Shown one piece after another: positions 9,510 to 19,058 of a DNA stretch of 64,000 nucleotides. The stretch is from the NCBI GenBank assembly GCA_022705945.1, contig JAKJDL010000002.1:127150-191149 (forward strand), in the 5' to 3' direction. Below the pieces are notes generated by a model that was given only the letters and a program-made list of their open reading frames with translations, was not told the origin of the DNA and did not search any database. Every line of letters starts with the position of its first letter. Position 1 is the stretch's first letter. The stretch is from Candidatus Omnitrophota bacterium (GTDB lineage: Bacteria; Omnitrophota; Omnitrophia; Omnitrophales; Aquincolibacteriaceae). The translations under genes were made by a program, and so were the position numbers.

Positions 9510-10907
9510 TTGAGCGGGGACGGCAAATTTATGGCTAAAAAACTATGGGGCGGAAGGTTTAAAAAAGAAATGCATCCGGCGCTGAAGTGTTTCAGCTATT
9601 CGTTGGCCGCTGACAAGGAACTTTTTCAAGCTGAAATCCTGGTCAACAGAGCCTGGGCCAGAATGCTCGCAAAAACAGGAATTATCACGGGAGCCGAGGC
9701 GCGCGAGATCGTGCGGGGACTTGCGGCGGTTGAAAAAGATTTTGAAGGACGGGACCTTTTTGCTTATGCCTCCCGGTATGAAGATATCCACACGTTGATC
9801 CAGTCCGAGCTTGAGAAACGCGCCGGGAAGGTCGCAAAAAAACTGCATACCGGACGGAGCCGGAACGATCTTGTCGTGACTTCGACAAGGATCTATCTCA
9901 GGGAAAAGATATCCGTGATCTGCTATGAGATCAGGCGCTTGCAGAGGGCTCTTGTGTCGGCGGCGGATAGGGCCGCTGACCTGATCATCCCGGGGATGAC
10001 GCATCTCCGCAAAGCTCAGCCGGTGCTGCTTGCCCATCATCTCCTGGCTTATGTGGAGATGACAGAGGAGGACACGATGCGTTTCCGGGATGCGCTCAAG
10101 CGGGTCAACGTGCTACCGATCGGATCAGCGGCCCTTGCGGGGTCCGCGCTTCCGATCGATCAAAAATTTCTCGCGAAGGAACTCGGGTTCGCGAAGATCT
10201 CAGGGAACAGCATGACAGCCGTGAGCGACCGGGGTTTTCTCGCGGAATTTCTGGCCGGTCTTTCGATTCTGTGGATGCATCTTTCGCGCCTTGCCGAGGA
10301 TTTCATTCTCTGGAACAGCGAGGCTTTCGGCTATGTTGAGCTTGACGATGCTTTTGCGACAGGCTCAAGCCTGATGCCTCAAAAGAAAAATCCCGACGTA
10401 TTTGAGCTTGTCCGGGGCCGGGCCGGCACGATCTTCGGGTATCTTCAGGCGATCCTGACCGTCCAGAAGGGCCTGCCTCTTTCTTACAACAGGGACCTCC
10501 AGGAAGACAAGCCCGGAGTTTTTGATGCCGTGAACAAGACGACGATCGCGCTCGAAATTCTCGCTCTCACGGTTGGTTCCGTAACATGGCATAAAAAAGC
10601 GATTGCGAGAGCGGTGGCCGATGACACGCTTTTCGCGACCGATATTCTCGAATACCTCGTCCGAAAAAAGGTGCCGTTTTCGGAAGCTCACGCTGCCGTG
10701 GGGGAAGCCGTGCGTTACGCCGCCGATTCAGCCAGGTCTCTCCGGGAGCTTTCATTGAAGGAATGGAAAAATTTCTCTCCGAGGATCGGGGCGGATGTCT
10801 ACGACCTTTTTGATCCCAAAGCGTCTCTTTGCGGCAAACAAACCGTCGGGAGTACCCATCCTGTCAGGGTCAGGCAGCAGCTGGAGTTTTGGAAGAAATC
10901 CCTATAG
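9510..10907 (+). CDS. argH: Argininosuccinate lyase
   Basis: Fumarate-lyase family with GRSRNDLVVT and GSSLMPQKKNPD motifs. An alternative start at 9531 (MAKKLWGGRF) is possible. Confidence 0.9.
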   Translation: MSGDGKFMAKKLWGGRFKKEMHPALKCFSYSLAADKELFQAEILVNRAWARMLAKTGIITGAEAREIVRGLAAVEKDFEGRDLFAYASRYEDIHTLIQSELEKRAGKVAKKLHTGRSRNDLVVTSTRIYLREKISVICYEIRRLQRALVSAADRAADLIIPGMTHLRKAQPVLLAHHLLAYVEMTEEDTMRFRDALKRVNVLPIGSAALAGSALPIDQKFLAKELGFAKISGNSMTAVSDRGFLAEFLAGLSILWMHLSRLAEDFILWNSEAFGYVELDDAFATGSSLMPQKKNPDVFELVRGRAGTIFGYLQAILTVQKGLPLSYNRDLQEDKPGVFDAVNKTTIALEILALTVGSVTWHKKAIARAVADDTLFATDILEYLVRKKVPFSEAHAAVGEAVRYAADSARSLRELSLKEWKNFSPRIGADVYDLFDPKASLCGKQTVGSTHPVRVRQQLEFWKKSL

Positions 10908-10984
10908 CTCTTTCGAGACGCGGGTTTTGACTGTAAGTTCAAACCGGAATTTGAAAGGGAAAACAAGCGAATTGAGGTGCGCGC

Positions 10985-12265
10985 ATGCCCAGGACTGACT
11001 TTCTCAAAGAAACCCGGATCCATGATTTTTCCTATAATAAAAAAAATGAGCTTTGCTGTGAAAAGGTTCCTTTGAGGAAGATCCTGGAAAAAACAGGATC
11101 GCCCGCCTATATTTACAGTTCCAAAACAATTTTGGAACATCTCGGAAAACTCCAAAGGGCTTTTCGCTCCGTCCGTCCTCTGATTTGCTATTCGGTTAAG
11201 GCGAATGCCAACCTCGCGATCCTGAAGACACTTGTCAGGAAGGGTGCCGGCCTTGACATCGTTTCGGGAGGAGAGCTGTTTCGCGCCGGGAAAGTGAAAT
11301 GCCCGGGCAGAAAGATCGTCTATGCCGGTGTCGGGAAAAAGGACGGGGAGATCCGCGCGGCCATCAGGGCGCGCATCCTCCTTTTCAATGTCGAGTCTGT
11401 CCCCGAACTTGAACGGATCAATGAGATCGCAAAAAAGATGCGGAGGAGGGTGGATGTATCGCTCCGGATCAACCCGAACGTCGATCCGCACACCCATGAT
11501 TACATTACAACCGGTAAAGCCGAGACCAAATTCGGGATTGATTTTGACAGGGCCCGTGAAGTTTATCTTGCGAGCCAAAAGCTCACGCACGCCCGGCTTT
11601 CGGGTGTTCACGTCCATATAGGGTCCCAGATCGAAACCGGGGAGCCGTTTGTGGAAGCTTTCCGTAAAATACTTTCGTTTATCGATGAGCTTGAGGCCGC
11701 GGGGGTCCGGATCCGGTTCCTGAACCTCGGAGGGGGGCTCGGCGTGATCTACAGCGATGAAAACCCCCAGACGGCCGATGAATTCGCGAGGAAGATTCTG
11801 CCCCTTTTCAAAAAACGAAAATTCCAGATCATCTTTGAGCCCGGGCGTTTCATTGTGGCGAATGCCGGTGTTTTGGCGGCGAAGGTCCTTTACCTGAAAG
11901 AGACAGGCGTGAAAAAGTTCCTGATCACGGATGCCGGGATGAACGATTTGATCCGTCCCGCGTTCTATAACGCTTACCATGCGATCTGGCCGGTTATGAA
12001 GCGGAAAGACGCGAAGCGCTGGGTTTTCGACGTGGTCGGTCCGATTTGTGAGAGCGGGGATTTTTTCGCCAAGGGCCGCGAGCTCCCGGAAATGCGCCCC
12101 GGTGAATTTTTGGCGATTATGACGGCGGGGGCCTATGGGTTTACGATGAGCTCGAATTATAATTCCCGGGGACGCGCCTGTGAGGTGCTGGTAAAGGGAG
12201 GCTCCTTCAGGGTCGTCCGCAAACGCGAAAGCTACCAGGATCTCGTCAGGGGCGAACGTATTTAG
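10985..12265 (+). CDS. lysA: Diaminopimelate decarboxylase
   Basis: Orn/DAP/Arg decarboxylase family: ICYSVKANANLAILKTL (PLP lysine) and C-terminal EPGR/GAYG motifs. Confidence 0.85.
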   Translation: MPRTDFLKETRIHDFSYNKKNELCCEKVPLRKILEKTGSPAYIYSSKTILEHLGKLQRAFRSVRPLICYSVKANANLAILKTLVRKGAGLDIVSGGELFRAGKVKCPGRKIVYAGVGKKDGEIRAAIRARILLFNVESVPELERINEIAKKMRRRVDVSLRINPNVDPHTHDYITTGKAETKFGIDFDRAREVYLASQKLTHARLSGVHVHIGSQIETGEPFVEAFRKILSFIDELEAAGVRIRFLNLGGGLGVIYSDENPQTADEFARKILPLFKKRKFQIIFEPGRFIVANAGVLAAKVLYLKETGVKKFLITDAGMNDLIRPAFYNAYHAIWPVMKRKDAKRWVFDVVGPICESGDFFAKGRELPEMRPGEFLAIMTAGAYGFTMSSNYNSRGRACEVLVKGGSFRVVRKRESYQDLVRGERI

Positions 12266-12400
12266 GCAGGTGAGCGCGGATGGATTGGGGAGTAGAATGT
12301 TCTTGACCCGGAGAGTTTCGGGCATATCGCGCCGGGTTTTTCAAAGGCTTGTTGTAAAATAAACCGAAGCTGTTTTTGTTCGCACAAAAGGAGTCCAGTT

Positions 12401-12997
12401 ATGAAAAAAATCCTGTTGGTGGTTATGGTCGTGATTCTATTTGTTCTGCTTGCCGCGGGTCTCGTGTTTGGCGGGATTTATAATACCCTTGTCTCCAGGG
12501 AAGAGGGTGTTAACAGCGCGTGGGCCCAGGTAGAGAATGTTTATCAACGCCGGGTTGATCTTGTGCCGAATCTGGTTGAAACCGTCAAGGGTTACGCGGC
12601 CCATGAACAAGAGACTTTCCAGGGTGTCGTGGACGCCCGCTCCCGGATCGGCAAGCTAGATACTTCCGCGAACATTTTAAACAGTCCCGATCAGCTTGCG
12701 AAATTTCAGGAAGCCCAAACGCAGTTGAGTTCGGCGATCGGCCGCCTGCTGGTTGTGGTCGAGCAGTATCCGGATCTCAAGGCCAGCCAGAACTTCCTTG
12801 CCCTCCAGAATCAGCTTGAGGGAACCGAGAACCGTATCACGGTCGAGCGCCGTCGCTTCAATGAAGCCGCGAGGGACTACAACGCTTTCCGGCGCCAGTT
12901 TCCGAACAACATTGCCGCGAATGTGATGGGTTTCAAGAATAAAGCTTATTTCCAGGCCGACCAGGAAGCCAGAACCGTTCCACAGGTTAAATTCTGA
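12401..12997 (+). CDS. LemA family protein
   Basis: N-terminal TM helix followed by the LemA signature (YNTLVSREEGVNSAWAQVENVYQRRVDLVPNLV). An AAAGGAG RBS lies upstream. Confidence 0.8.
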   Translation: MKKILLVVMVVILFVLLAAGLVFGGIYNTLVSREEGVNSAWAQVENVYQRRVDLVPNLVETVKGYAAHEQETFQGVVDARSRIGKLDTSANILNSPDQLAKFQEAQTQLSSAIGRLLVVVEQYPDLKASQNFLALQNQLEGTENRITVERRRFNEAARDYNAFRRQFPNNIAANVMGFKNKAYFQADQEARTVPQVKF

Positions 12998-13058
12998 GGA
13001 GCTTGCCGGTTCGGCGTCCGATTTCGGCGCCAGGTACCGGCATTGAAGGCTTGAAGCG

Positions 13059-13790
13059 ATGCGTTTTCCCCCGGTATTTATTACCTGTTTTTTGCTTCTT
13101 GTTTGTATTGTTCCGATCCTTTCCGCTTTCGATATTCCCGATTCGCCGGACGGTTATGTAACCGACCGTGCGGGCATTCTCGGATCCGATGCCGGGAGCC
13201 GTCTCGAAACGGTCCTTCGGGAATTTGACCTCCGGACCTCCGCACAAGTTGCGGTTGCCGCTTTCCCATCACTTGACGGAGGGAACATTGAAGATGTTTC
13301 TATGAGGATCGCTGAAAAGTGGAAACCCGGCCGAAAGGACAAGGATAACGGCGTTCTGCTTGTGATTTTCAAAAATGACCGCCAGGTCCGCATTGAGGTC
13401 GGTTACGGCCTTGAAGGTGTTTTGACCGATGCCCTGGCCGGCCAGATCATCCGCGACGAGATCATTCCGAAGTTCAGGCAAGGTGATTATGCGGGCGGCA
13501 TTTCAGACGGAGTGCAGGCGATCATGAGTGCCGTCCGGGGCGAATATCAGGCGAAAGCCTCGAATCAGGACGAGAGAGATCCGGCGACTGTATTCATCGC
13601 TTTGTTTTTTATACTGCTGCTGCCTTATCTGTTGTTTGGTATCGGAAAACGCGGCCGGCGCGGATCGGGCGGCCGTTACGGCGGATTCCCAAGCGGTCGT
13701 TATCATGGCGGCAGAGGTTTTGGCCGGGGCGGTTTTGGGGGTTTTGGAGGCGGAAGCTTTGGCGGAGGCGGCGCGAGCGGAAAATGGTGA
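13059..13790 (+). CDS. TPM-domain protein (YgcG-like) with signal peptide, TM and Gly-rich C-terminal tail
   Basis: TPM/DUF477 motifs (GYVTDRAGIL...NGVLLVIFKNDRQVRIEVGYGLEGVLTD). C-terminal GRGGFGGFGGGSFGGGG tail. Confidence 0.7.
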   Translation: MRFPPVFITCFLLLVCIVPILSAFDIPDSPDGYVTDRAGILGSDAGSRLETVLREFDLRTSAQVAVAAFPSLDGGNIEDVSMRIAEKWKPGRKDKDNGVLLVIFKNDRQVRIEVGYGLEGVLTDALAGQIIRDEIIPKFRQGDYAGGISDGVQAIMSAVRGEYQAKASNQDERDPATVFIALFFILLLPYLLFGIGKRGRRGSGGRYGGFPSGRYHGGRGFGRGGFGGFGGGSFGGGGASGKW

Positions 13791-14013
13791 ATGAGTCCCA
13801 AAGTTACGGAATGAAATGAACGTAACTTTGACGGACGAATTCATCCCGCTGGTTGATTCCGAAGGAATACAAGCGGGATCAAAGAGTGAAGCAACGGAAC
13901 GCGGTGGATATAAGTTGCACGGACGAATTTACCCCTGCTGATTGTTTTCGTCAGAAAACGGCAGCGGAAATCTCTTGGGGAATAGAAACGGAAGAGATTT
14001 GGGAAGACAAAGA

Positions 14014-14460
14014 ATGAACTTCATGAAACGACATCCCGCATTCTTTTTTTCGAAGTCTGAAAAACAACGGATTATTTCAGCGGTTCGGGAAGCCGAAAAG
14101 AATACGTCCGGCGAGATCCGGGTTCACCTCGAGCGGCGCCTGAAGGGCGATATGATGGCCGAAGCGCGCAAGGTCTTTGAACGGATCGGGATGACGCGGA
14201 CGAAGGACCGGAACGGCGTCCTGATCCTGCTCGTGATCAGGGACCGGAGGGTCGCTATTCTCGGTGATAAGGGTATCCACGAAAAAGTCCCTGCCGATTT
14301 TTGGGAAAGAGAGATCCGGTTGATGGAAAATTGCTTTCGGGAGAACGAATTTGCCGAAGGGATCGCCCTGGCCGTTCTTGAGATCGGCGAGAAACTCAGG
14401 GAGTTTTTTCCCTTCCGGCCGGATGATCAAAACGAACTTCCCGACGGCGTTTCGCACTAG
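14014..14460 (+). CDS. TPM-domain protein (second copy, cytoplasmic type)
   Basis: SEKQRIISAVREAEKNTSGEIRV...NGVLILLVIRDRRVAILGDKGIHEKV matches the TPM fold. Start chosen at MNFMKRH (14014); the ORF track extends to 13942. Confidence 0.6.
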   Translation: MNFMKRHPAFFFSKSEKQRIISAVREAEKNTSGEIRVHLERRLKGDMMAEARKVFERIGMTRTKDRNGVLILLVIRDRRVAILGDKGIHEKVPADFWEREIRLMENCFRENEFAEGIALAVLEIGEKLREFFPFRPDDQNELPDGVSH

Positions 14461-14727
14461 AGGCGGTTTTACAAGCATTCCCGGCCATCAATGTTTCCGG
14501 GGGAGCGGAAAGCAGAAAAATGACTTATGAAACCGCTTCCAGGCAAGCATAAGAAAGCAATTGTGAATCTGATTCGCCATTCCCGCTTCACCTATGTGCT
14601 CTTCGGCCTGTTTTTTTTGAAATGCGCGAGGGAATGTAACGTCCGCGTTTGTACAAGCTTTAAAATCCAAAATCCCCGGAGTTTTCTTCTTGTCCCTTTC
14701 GGTATCCTTCGGTAGCATAGCCCATCT

Positions 14728-15261
14728 ATGGACATTCAGGAATCCTGGGAAAAAGCTCTGAGATCGACCGAGGTGGTTCGCCCGCGGGTCCAGCCGCTTG
14801 CGACTTTTGAGGCCACTCAGCTCCCTTATATCTTTCTCGCGGAATCGGTCGTCAATCGCGGGGATACGGTTGTCCGCAAGGGGGAGATTACGGTTGAAAA
14901 ACCTTCGATCATCCTGCCTCCCTACATGCCCCAGCTTGAAGGTTTTGAATTTGACAAGCATTTCTCCGGAGCGGCCGACTACCTGACGACTTTTCTTCTT
15001 ATGAGGGGGATCCGTTTTCCTTCCATGAAATACGAGAATAAAGTAAACTCTCTCGATATCCATGAAGGAAAGCTTCAGCGGGCGATCGACCGGTACTCGC
15101 GGCTTCTGCAAAAACAGGAGAACGTGACCACCGGTCTTGTGATCGGGCCGGAGGATTGCTGGCAGTTTTCCGTTCTGATTTTTGTCTGTATGCAGGCTCT
15201 TCGCTCGGCCGATACGGATATCCGGAAAATCTTCGAGCGTTATAAGGAAATGGGGAGTTGA
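14728..15261 (+). CDS. Hypothetical protein
   Basis: 177-aa ORF co-oriented with its neighbours. Its composition is protein-like, unlike the K/R/P-rich antisense ORF 14488-15111. No recognisable domain. Confidence 0.35.
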   Translation: MDIQESWEKALRSTEVVRPRVQPLATFEATQLPYIFLAESVVNRGDTVVRKGEITVEKPSIILPPYMPQLEGFEFDKHFSGAADYLTTFLLMRGIRFPSMKYENKVNSLDIHEGKLQRAIDRYSRLLQKQENVTTGLVIGPEDCWQFSVLIFVCMQALRSADTDIRKIFERYKEMGS

Positions 15262-15262
15262 T

Positions 15263-17104
15263 ATGAGCGATCCGTTCGATTATTCGTCTTTTCTGCGTTC
15301 CGCCTGTTCAAAGGCCTGGAAAAAAACGGGTGTTTCCCGGCGGGCCGGAGTTACGACACCGCTTTTTTCGATCTACTCATCGAAGAGCATCGGCATCGGC
15401 GAGGCCCCCGATCTGAAAGCGCTCGTGGATTGGTGCGGGGAGACCGGTATCTCCCTGATCCAGCTTCTGCCTTTGAACGATGTGGGTTTTGATTTCCGCC
15501 CTTATGACTCTCAGTCCAGTCTCGCTCTTGATCCCATGTATCTTTCGCTTGAATCCCTGAAAGGCTGCGATATTTCCGCGGCGGGCGCCGGGATCGCGGC
15601 GCTCCGGAAAAATTTCCCGCCCGGCAGGAAGCGCGTTGATTACGGGATTAAAAAAGCGAAGCTGGATATCCTGGCAAAAATCTTTAGACAGTTCACGATC
15701 CCGCATGCAGAAAAGGCATTCAAGGCTTTTATTAAAAAGCATGATGCCTGGCTTCATGACTACGCTGTTTTCAAGACCATTAAATCCCGCCATAATTTTT
15801 CCGGATGGACGGATTGGCCGGACGAACTGCGGGGCAAGGATCCGGCGGCGGTAGAAAAATTTGCGGATCAATATGCCGAAGAAATCCTGTTCCATAAATG
15901 GCTCCAGTGGCAGCTTTTCGAGCAGTTCTCGGATGCCAGGGCCTACGCCTCAAAAAACGGAGTAATCCTTATGGGAGATATGCCGTTCCTTGTCTCTCGC
16001 GACAGTGCCGACGTGTGGGCCCGCCAGGATTATTTCAAGCTCGACCTCTTGTCCGGTGCGCCTCCCGATCTTTATTTTGCGCAAGGACAAAGGTGGGGCA
16101 TGCCTCCCTATCATTGGGAAAAGATCGCGGCTGACGGATATGACTACCTGATCCGCAAGATGCGCTATCTCGAGAATTTTTTTGATGCGTACCGGCTCGA
16201 TCATTTTGTGGGGATATTCCGCCTTTGGACGATCGCGTCACAGGAGCCCCCTGAAAATGCTGGAAGGGTCGGCCGGTTCGATCCCCCGGAGGAACATTTG
16301 TGGAAGGAGCACGGCAAGAGGATTCTGGATGTCATGGTTGCAAAGACCTCAATGCTTCCCTGCGCCGAGGATCTTGGTGTTGTACCGAAATGCTCCTACG
16401 AAGTGCTCGAGGAATATAAAATTCCCGGCTCCGATATCCAGCGCTGGACCCGCAACTGGGGAAAAGACTACCATTACAAATCCGCCGGAGATTATCGGCC
16501 GAACGCCATGGCAATGCTTTCGACTCATGATACGAGTGCCCTGTGCGCCTGGTGGGAAAGCGAGGCGGGGACGGTTGACGAATGGTTTTTCCGGAAAACC
16601 TGCGCGGAAGCGGGTGTGGATTTTGAGACTGTTAAAGAAAGGCTTTTTGATCTGCGGGATTCCGTTCACGGACGGCTTCGGTGGCGCGCCGAGATCAAGA
16701 GTGCCGGGATGTTCCTTGAGATTGTCCGGCGAACGAAAGATGAGGCCTGGCATCTCGCGGATGCATTCATGAGCTCCTACAATGAAAGACAGCTTTACTG
16801 GAATTATATCGGGATGCACGGTCAGCCCTCGAGGAAGGCATCGCCGGAATTCGTCAAAAAGGCGCTCGAATCCGTCAACGCTTCGTGTGCGGTCTTCAGT
16901 CTTCAGATTTTACAGGACTGGCTTGCCCTCGGCGAATATCCCGACCGCGAATCGTGGGGCTACCGCATTAACGTCCCCGGCTCCATGGGGCCCGAAAACT
17001 GGTCGCTTGTAGCTCCTTATTCTCTCGAAAGGATGATGAAGCACCCGGTCAATAAAAAGATTCGTGAGATCGTTTTGAACACAAACCGTATGGTAAGAAA
17101 ATGA
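15263..17104 (+). CDS. malQ: 4-alpha-glucanotransferase (amylomaltase, GH77)
   Basis: GH77 N-terminal region (GVTTPLFSIYSSKSIGIGEAPDLKALVDWCGETGISLIQLLPLND) and downstream catalytic-region conservation. A GGGGAG RBS precedes the ATG at 15263. Confidence 0.85.
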   Translation: MSDPFDYSSFLRSACSKAWKKTGVSRRAGVTTPLFSIYSSKSIGIGEAPDLKALVDWCGETGISLIQLLPLNDVGFDFRPYDSQSSLALDPMYLSLESLKGCDISAAGAGIAALRKNFPPGRKRVDYGIKKAKLDILAKIFRQFTIPHAEKAFKAFIKKHDAWLHDYAVFKTIKSRHNFSGWTDWPDELRGKDPAAVEKFADQYAEEILFHKWLQWQLFEQFSDARAYASKNGVILMGDMPFLVSRDSADVWARQDYFKLDLLSGAPPDLYFAQGQRWGMPPYHWEKIAADGYDYLIRKMRYLENFFDAYRLDHFVGIFRLWTIASQEPPENAGRVGRFDPPEEHLWKEHGKRILDVMVAKTSMLPCAEDLGVVPKCSYEVLEEYKIPGSDIQRWTRNWGKDYHYKSAGDYRPNAMAMLSTHDTSALCAWWESEAGTVDEWFFRKTCAEAGVDFETVKERLFDLRDSVHGRLRWRAEIKSAGMFLEIVRRTKDEAWHLADAFMSSYNERQLYWNYIGMHGQPSRKASPEFVKKALESVNASCAVFSLQILQDWLALGEYPDRESWGYRINVPGSMGPENWSLVAPYSLERMMKHPVNKKIREIVLNTNRMVRK

Positions 17105-17868
17105 CCAAGGGGATTTTTAAAAAAATCAGTCCGGTTTATCTCCTGGTGGGCGTTCTGCTTGTATCGTTTCTTGTGGTCGGGATCCAGTTCCTTAAACAGC
17201 GCCGGGCGCAGGAGGCGGCCGCCCGTCCCAAGCCGCTCTCCGCGGTTCCGTACTATCCCGTCCCCAAAGCGATCGGTTCCGACAACGCTCCGATCAAGAT
17301 CGTGGAATACAGTGATTTCGAATGTCCTTCGTGCCGGTTCGCCATGGAAGTTGTTAAAGAGCTCAAAACGCTTTATCCGGAAAAGATCCAGCTTATCTAC
17401 CATCATTATCCTCTTGCCGGTCACCGGTGGTCGATTTACGCGCATCAGGCGGCGGAATGCATGCACATTCAGGGAAAATTCTGGCAGTATCACGACATGC
17501 TTTATGAAAGGCAGCAGGAGTGGGCGAGGATGACCGAGGCTCCCGTACGGGTGCTGATGCAGTATGCCGAGCAATGCGGAGCGAATATGGAGCTTTTCGG
17601 AAACTGCATGGTGGATCCGAAAGTGGCGGCGGGAATCTATGCCGAAAAAAACGAGGGCACGCTGCGCGAGGTGAATGCGACTCCCACTTTTTTCATAGGG
17701 GACAGGCGTTATATAGGCCCGAGGGAGCTGAAGGAGCGCGGGCAGAATGATATCCGGCGAGTTCTTGGACTTTCGGAAATACCGGTCCCCCCGGCGGCGG
17801 AAGTTTCAACAACGCAACCGCAGCCGGCTGCTTCCCCCACGCCTCATGAGACGGAGGTAAATCCATGA
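17101..17868 (+). CDS. DsbA-like thiol:disulfide oxidoreductase (thioredoxin fold), membrane-anchored
   Basis: N-terminal TM helix. CPSC active site within IVEYSDFECPSCRFAME. Overlaps the malQ stop. Confidence 0.7.
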   Translation: MTKGIFKKISPVYLLVGVLLVSFLVVGIQFLKQRRAQEAAARPKPLSAVPYYPVPKAIGSDNAPIKIVEYSDFECPSCRFAMEVVKELKTLYPEKIQLIYHHYPLAGHRWSIYAHQAAECMHIQGKFWQYHDMLYERQQEWARMTEAPVRVLMQYAEQCGANMELFGNCMVDPKVAAGIYAEKNEGTLREVNATPTFFIGDRRYIGPRELKERGQNDIRRVLGLSEIPVPPAAEVSTTQPQPAASPTPHETEVNP

Positions 17869-18329
17869 CGGCGCAAAAGCCATCCTACACAATACTTTTC
17901 CTGGGGCGCCTTCTGACGGGGATTGTGTTTGCCTATTCCGGATACACCAAACTGATGGAGCCTGTCGAGAATTTCCAGGCCGGAATCGCGGCTTATGAAG
18001 TGATTCCGTATATGTTTATTCCCTGGATTGCGAGAATTGTCCCCTGGATCGAGTTTCTGTTCGGTATATTCATTACCATCGGATACATGACGCGATTGAG
18101 CGCTCTGGTTCTGGGGGGAATGTCGCTGAGTTTTGTCATTCTGATCGCCGTTACATGGATTGTGACGCAGGAGCTCCCGTCCGATTGTGGGTGTTTCGGA
18201 GAGGGAAGTTTCATTCATTTTGCACCTTACCAAATCCTCCTGCTTGACATTGTAATGACCGAAACAGGGGTAAAGCTTTTTTTAATCAAGAATCATCCCG
18301 CCAGTTTAGATAATTTCCTCAATAAATAA
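17865..18329 (+). CDS. DoxX/MauE-like membrane protein
   Basis: Four predicted TM helices and a C-terminal CGCFG motif. Typical partner of DsbA-like proteins. Start overlaps the previous stop (ATGA). Confidence 0.6.
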   Translation: MTAQKPSYTILFLGRLLTGIVFAYSGYTKLMEPVENFQAGIAAYEVIPYMFIPWIARIVPWIEFLFGIFITIGYMTRLSALVLGGMSLSFVILIAVTWIVTQELPSDCGCFGEGSFIHFAPYQILLLDIVMTETGVKLFLIKNHPASLDNFLNK

Positions 18330-18846
18330 GTCTCGCAATTCATTCCGAATGCTATATTGGGATATCTATTGCTATAAATGCTATATCTTGCTATAAATTA
18401 TTCTTTATAAAACTATTGCAAGTGTTTTAAAAAGATGTTATCCGTTTAAGTATAGAAAACAAAGAAGATTGAAGGTGGGGACGGGAAGTTCACCGCGCTT
18501 GGAGTCACAGTTACCACGATATTTTTTCAGATCATGCCTGTAGGAGTTGCCGCGCAGAGGCCCGCGGAGGAAATTCAGGGGATGGCCGCCCTAAACTTTG
18601 ATGGCATTGATGACCGATTGAGCGAATGAGCGCGAATGTTGTCTTTGAAAAGTTTTAACAAGTTTTCCTACCATCGCCCCGGGGGCAGTAAAACCGGAAA
18701 GCGCTTTTGTCCGGTATGCCAGCCCCCGGGGTCCTGCCTTGATCGGGATTTGCCATGGCTCCGGCTATTTACCATGCGAGGCCGGGAAGTTTGCCTAGTT
18801 TATGGTTTTTCGGGATCCTCATAAGGCGGGTTCGAGGTTTTTCTTT

Positions 18847-18874
18847 TTGACTTTCAGGTTTGCTTCCTTATAAT
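18847..18874 (+). promoter_or_regulatory. sigma70-like promoter for tRNA-Phe (-35 TTGACT, 16-nt spacer, -10 TATAAT)
   Basis: TTGACT at 18847-18852 and TATAAT at 18869-18874, about 55 nt upstream of the tRNA. Confidence 0.4.
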
Positions 18875-18930
18875 TCACCTCACCGAGCAGCCGTCTCGAC
18901 AAGACCTTATAAGTTTTTCCCTCCTTTTAC

Positions 18931-19003
18931 GGGCAGGTAGCTCAGTCGGTAGAGCAAGGGACTGAAAATCCCTGTGTCGGGGGTTCAATTCCCTCCCTGC
19001 CCA
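18931..19003 (+). tRNA. tRNA-Phe (anticodon GAA)
   Basis: The cloverleaf parses cleanly: acceptor GGGCAGG/CCTGCCC, D-arm GCTC...GAGC, anticodon loop CTGAAAA, T-loop TTCAATT. CCA is not encoded. Confidence 0.85.
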
Positions 19004-19017
19004 GATTTACTTATAAA

Positions 19018-19058
19018 ACGGACTACTGCATTTTTTTGCAATAGTCCGTTCCTGTTTT
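19018..19058 (+). terminator. Hairpin plus T-tract downstream of tRNA-Phe
   Basis: acggactactgc / gcaatagtccgt stem (one mismatch) with an 8-nt loop, followed by tcctgtttt. Confidence 0.3.

Noticed and set aside
10799-12325. 508-aa - strand ORF
   Set aside because: Entirely antisense to lysA, which has clear conserved motifs. R/P/G-rich composition is typical of antisense frames in GC-rich DNA.
12266-12400. Possible terminator after lysA (CCCGG...CCGGGTTTTT)
   Set aside because: The stem partners are separated by an approximately 20-nt loop and pairing is ambiguous. Not convincing as an intrinsic terminator.
14488-15111. 207-aa - strand ORF overlapping the + strand hypothetical gene 14728-15261
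   Set aside because: K/R/P-rich antisense-like composition. The + strand ORF is co-oriented with the operon and reads more protein-like. Neither ORF has homology support, so the + strand choice is tentative.
18636-18824. 62-aa ORF with a CPVCQPPGSC motif in the AT-rich island
   Set aside because: No RBS, odd composition, not conserved-looking. It may be a chance ORF; it is kept only as part of the island finding.
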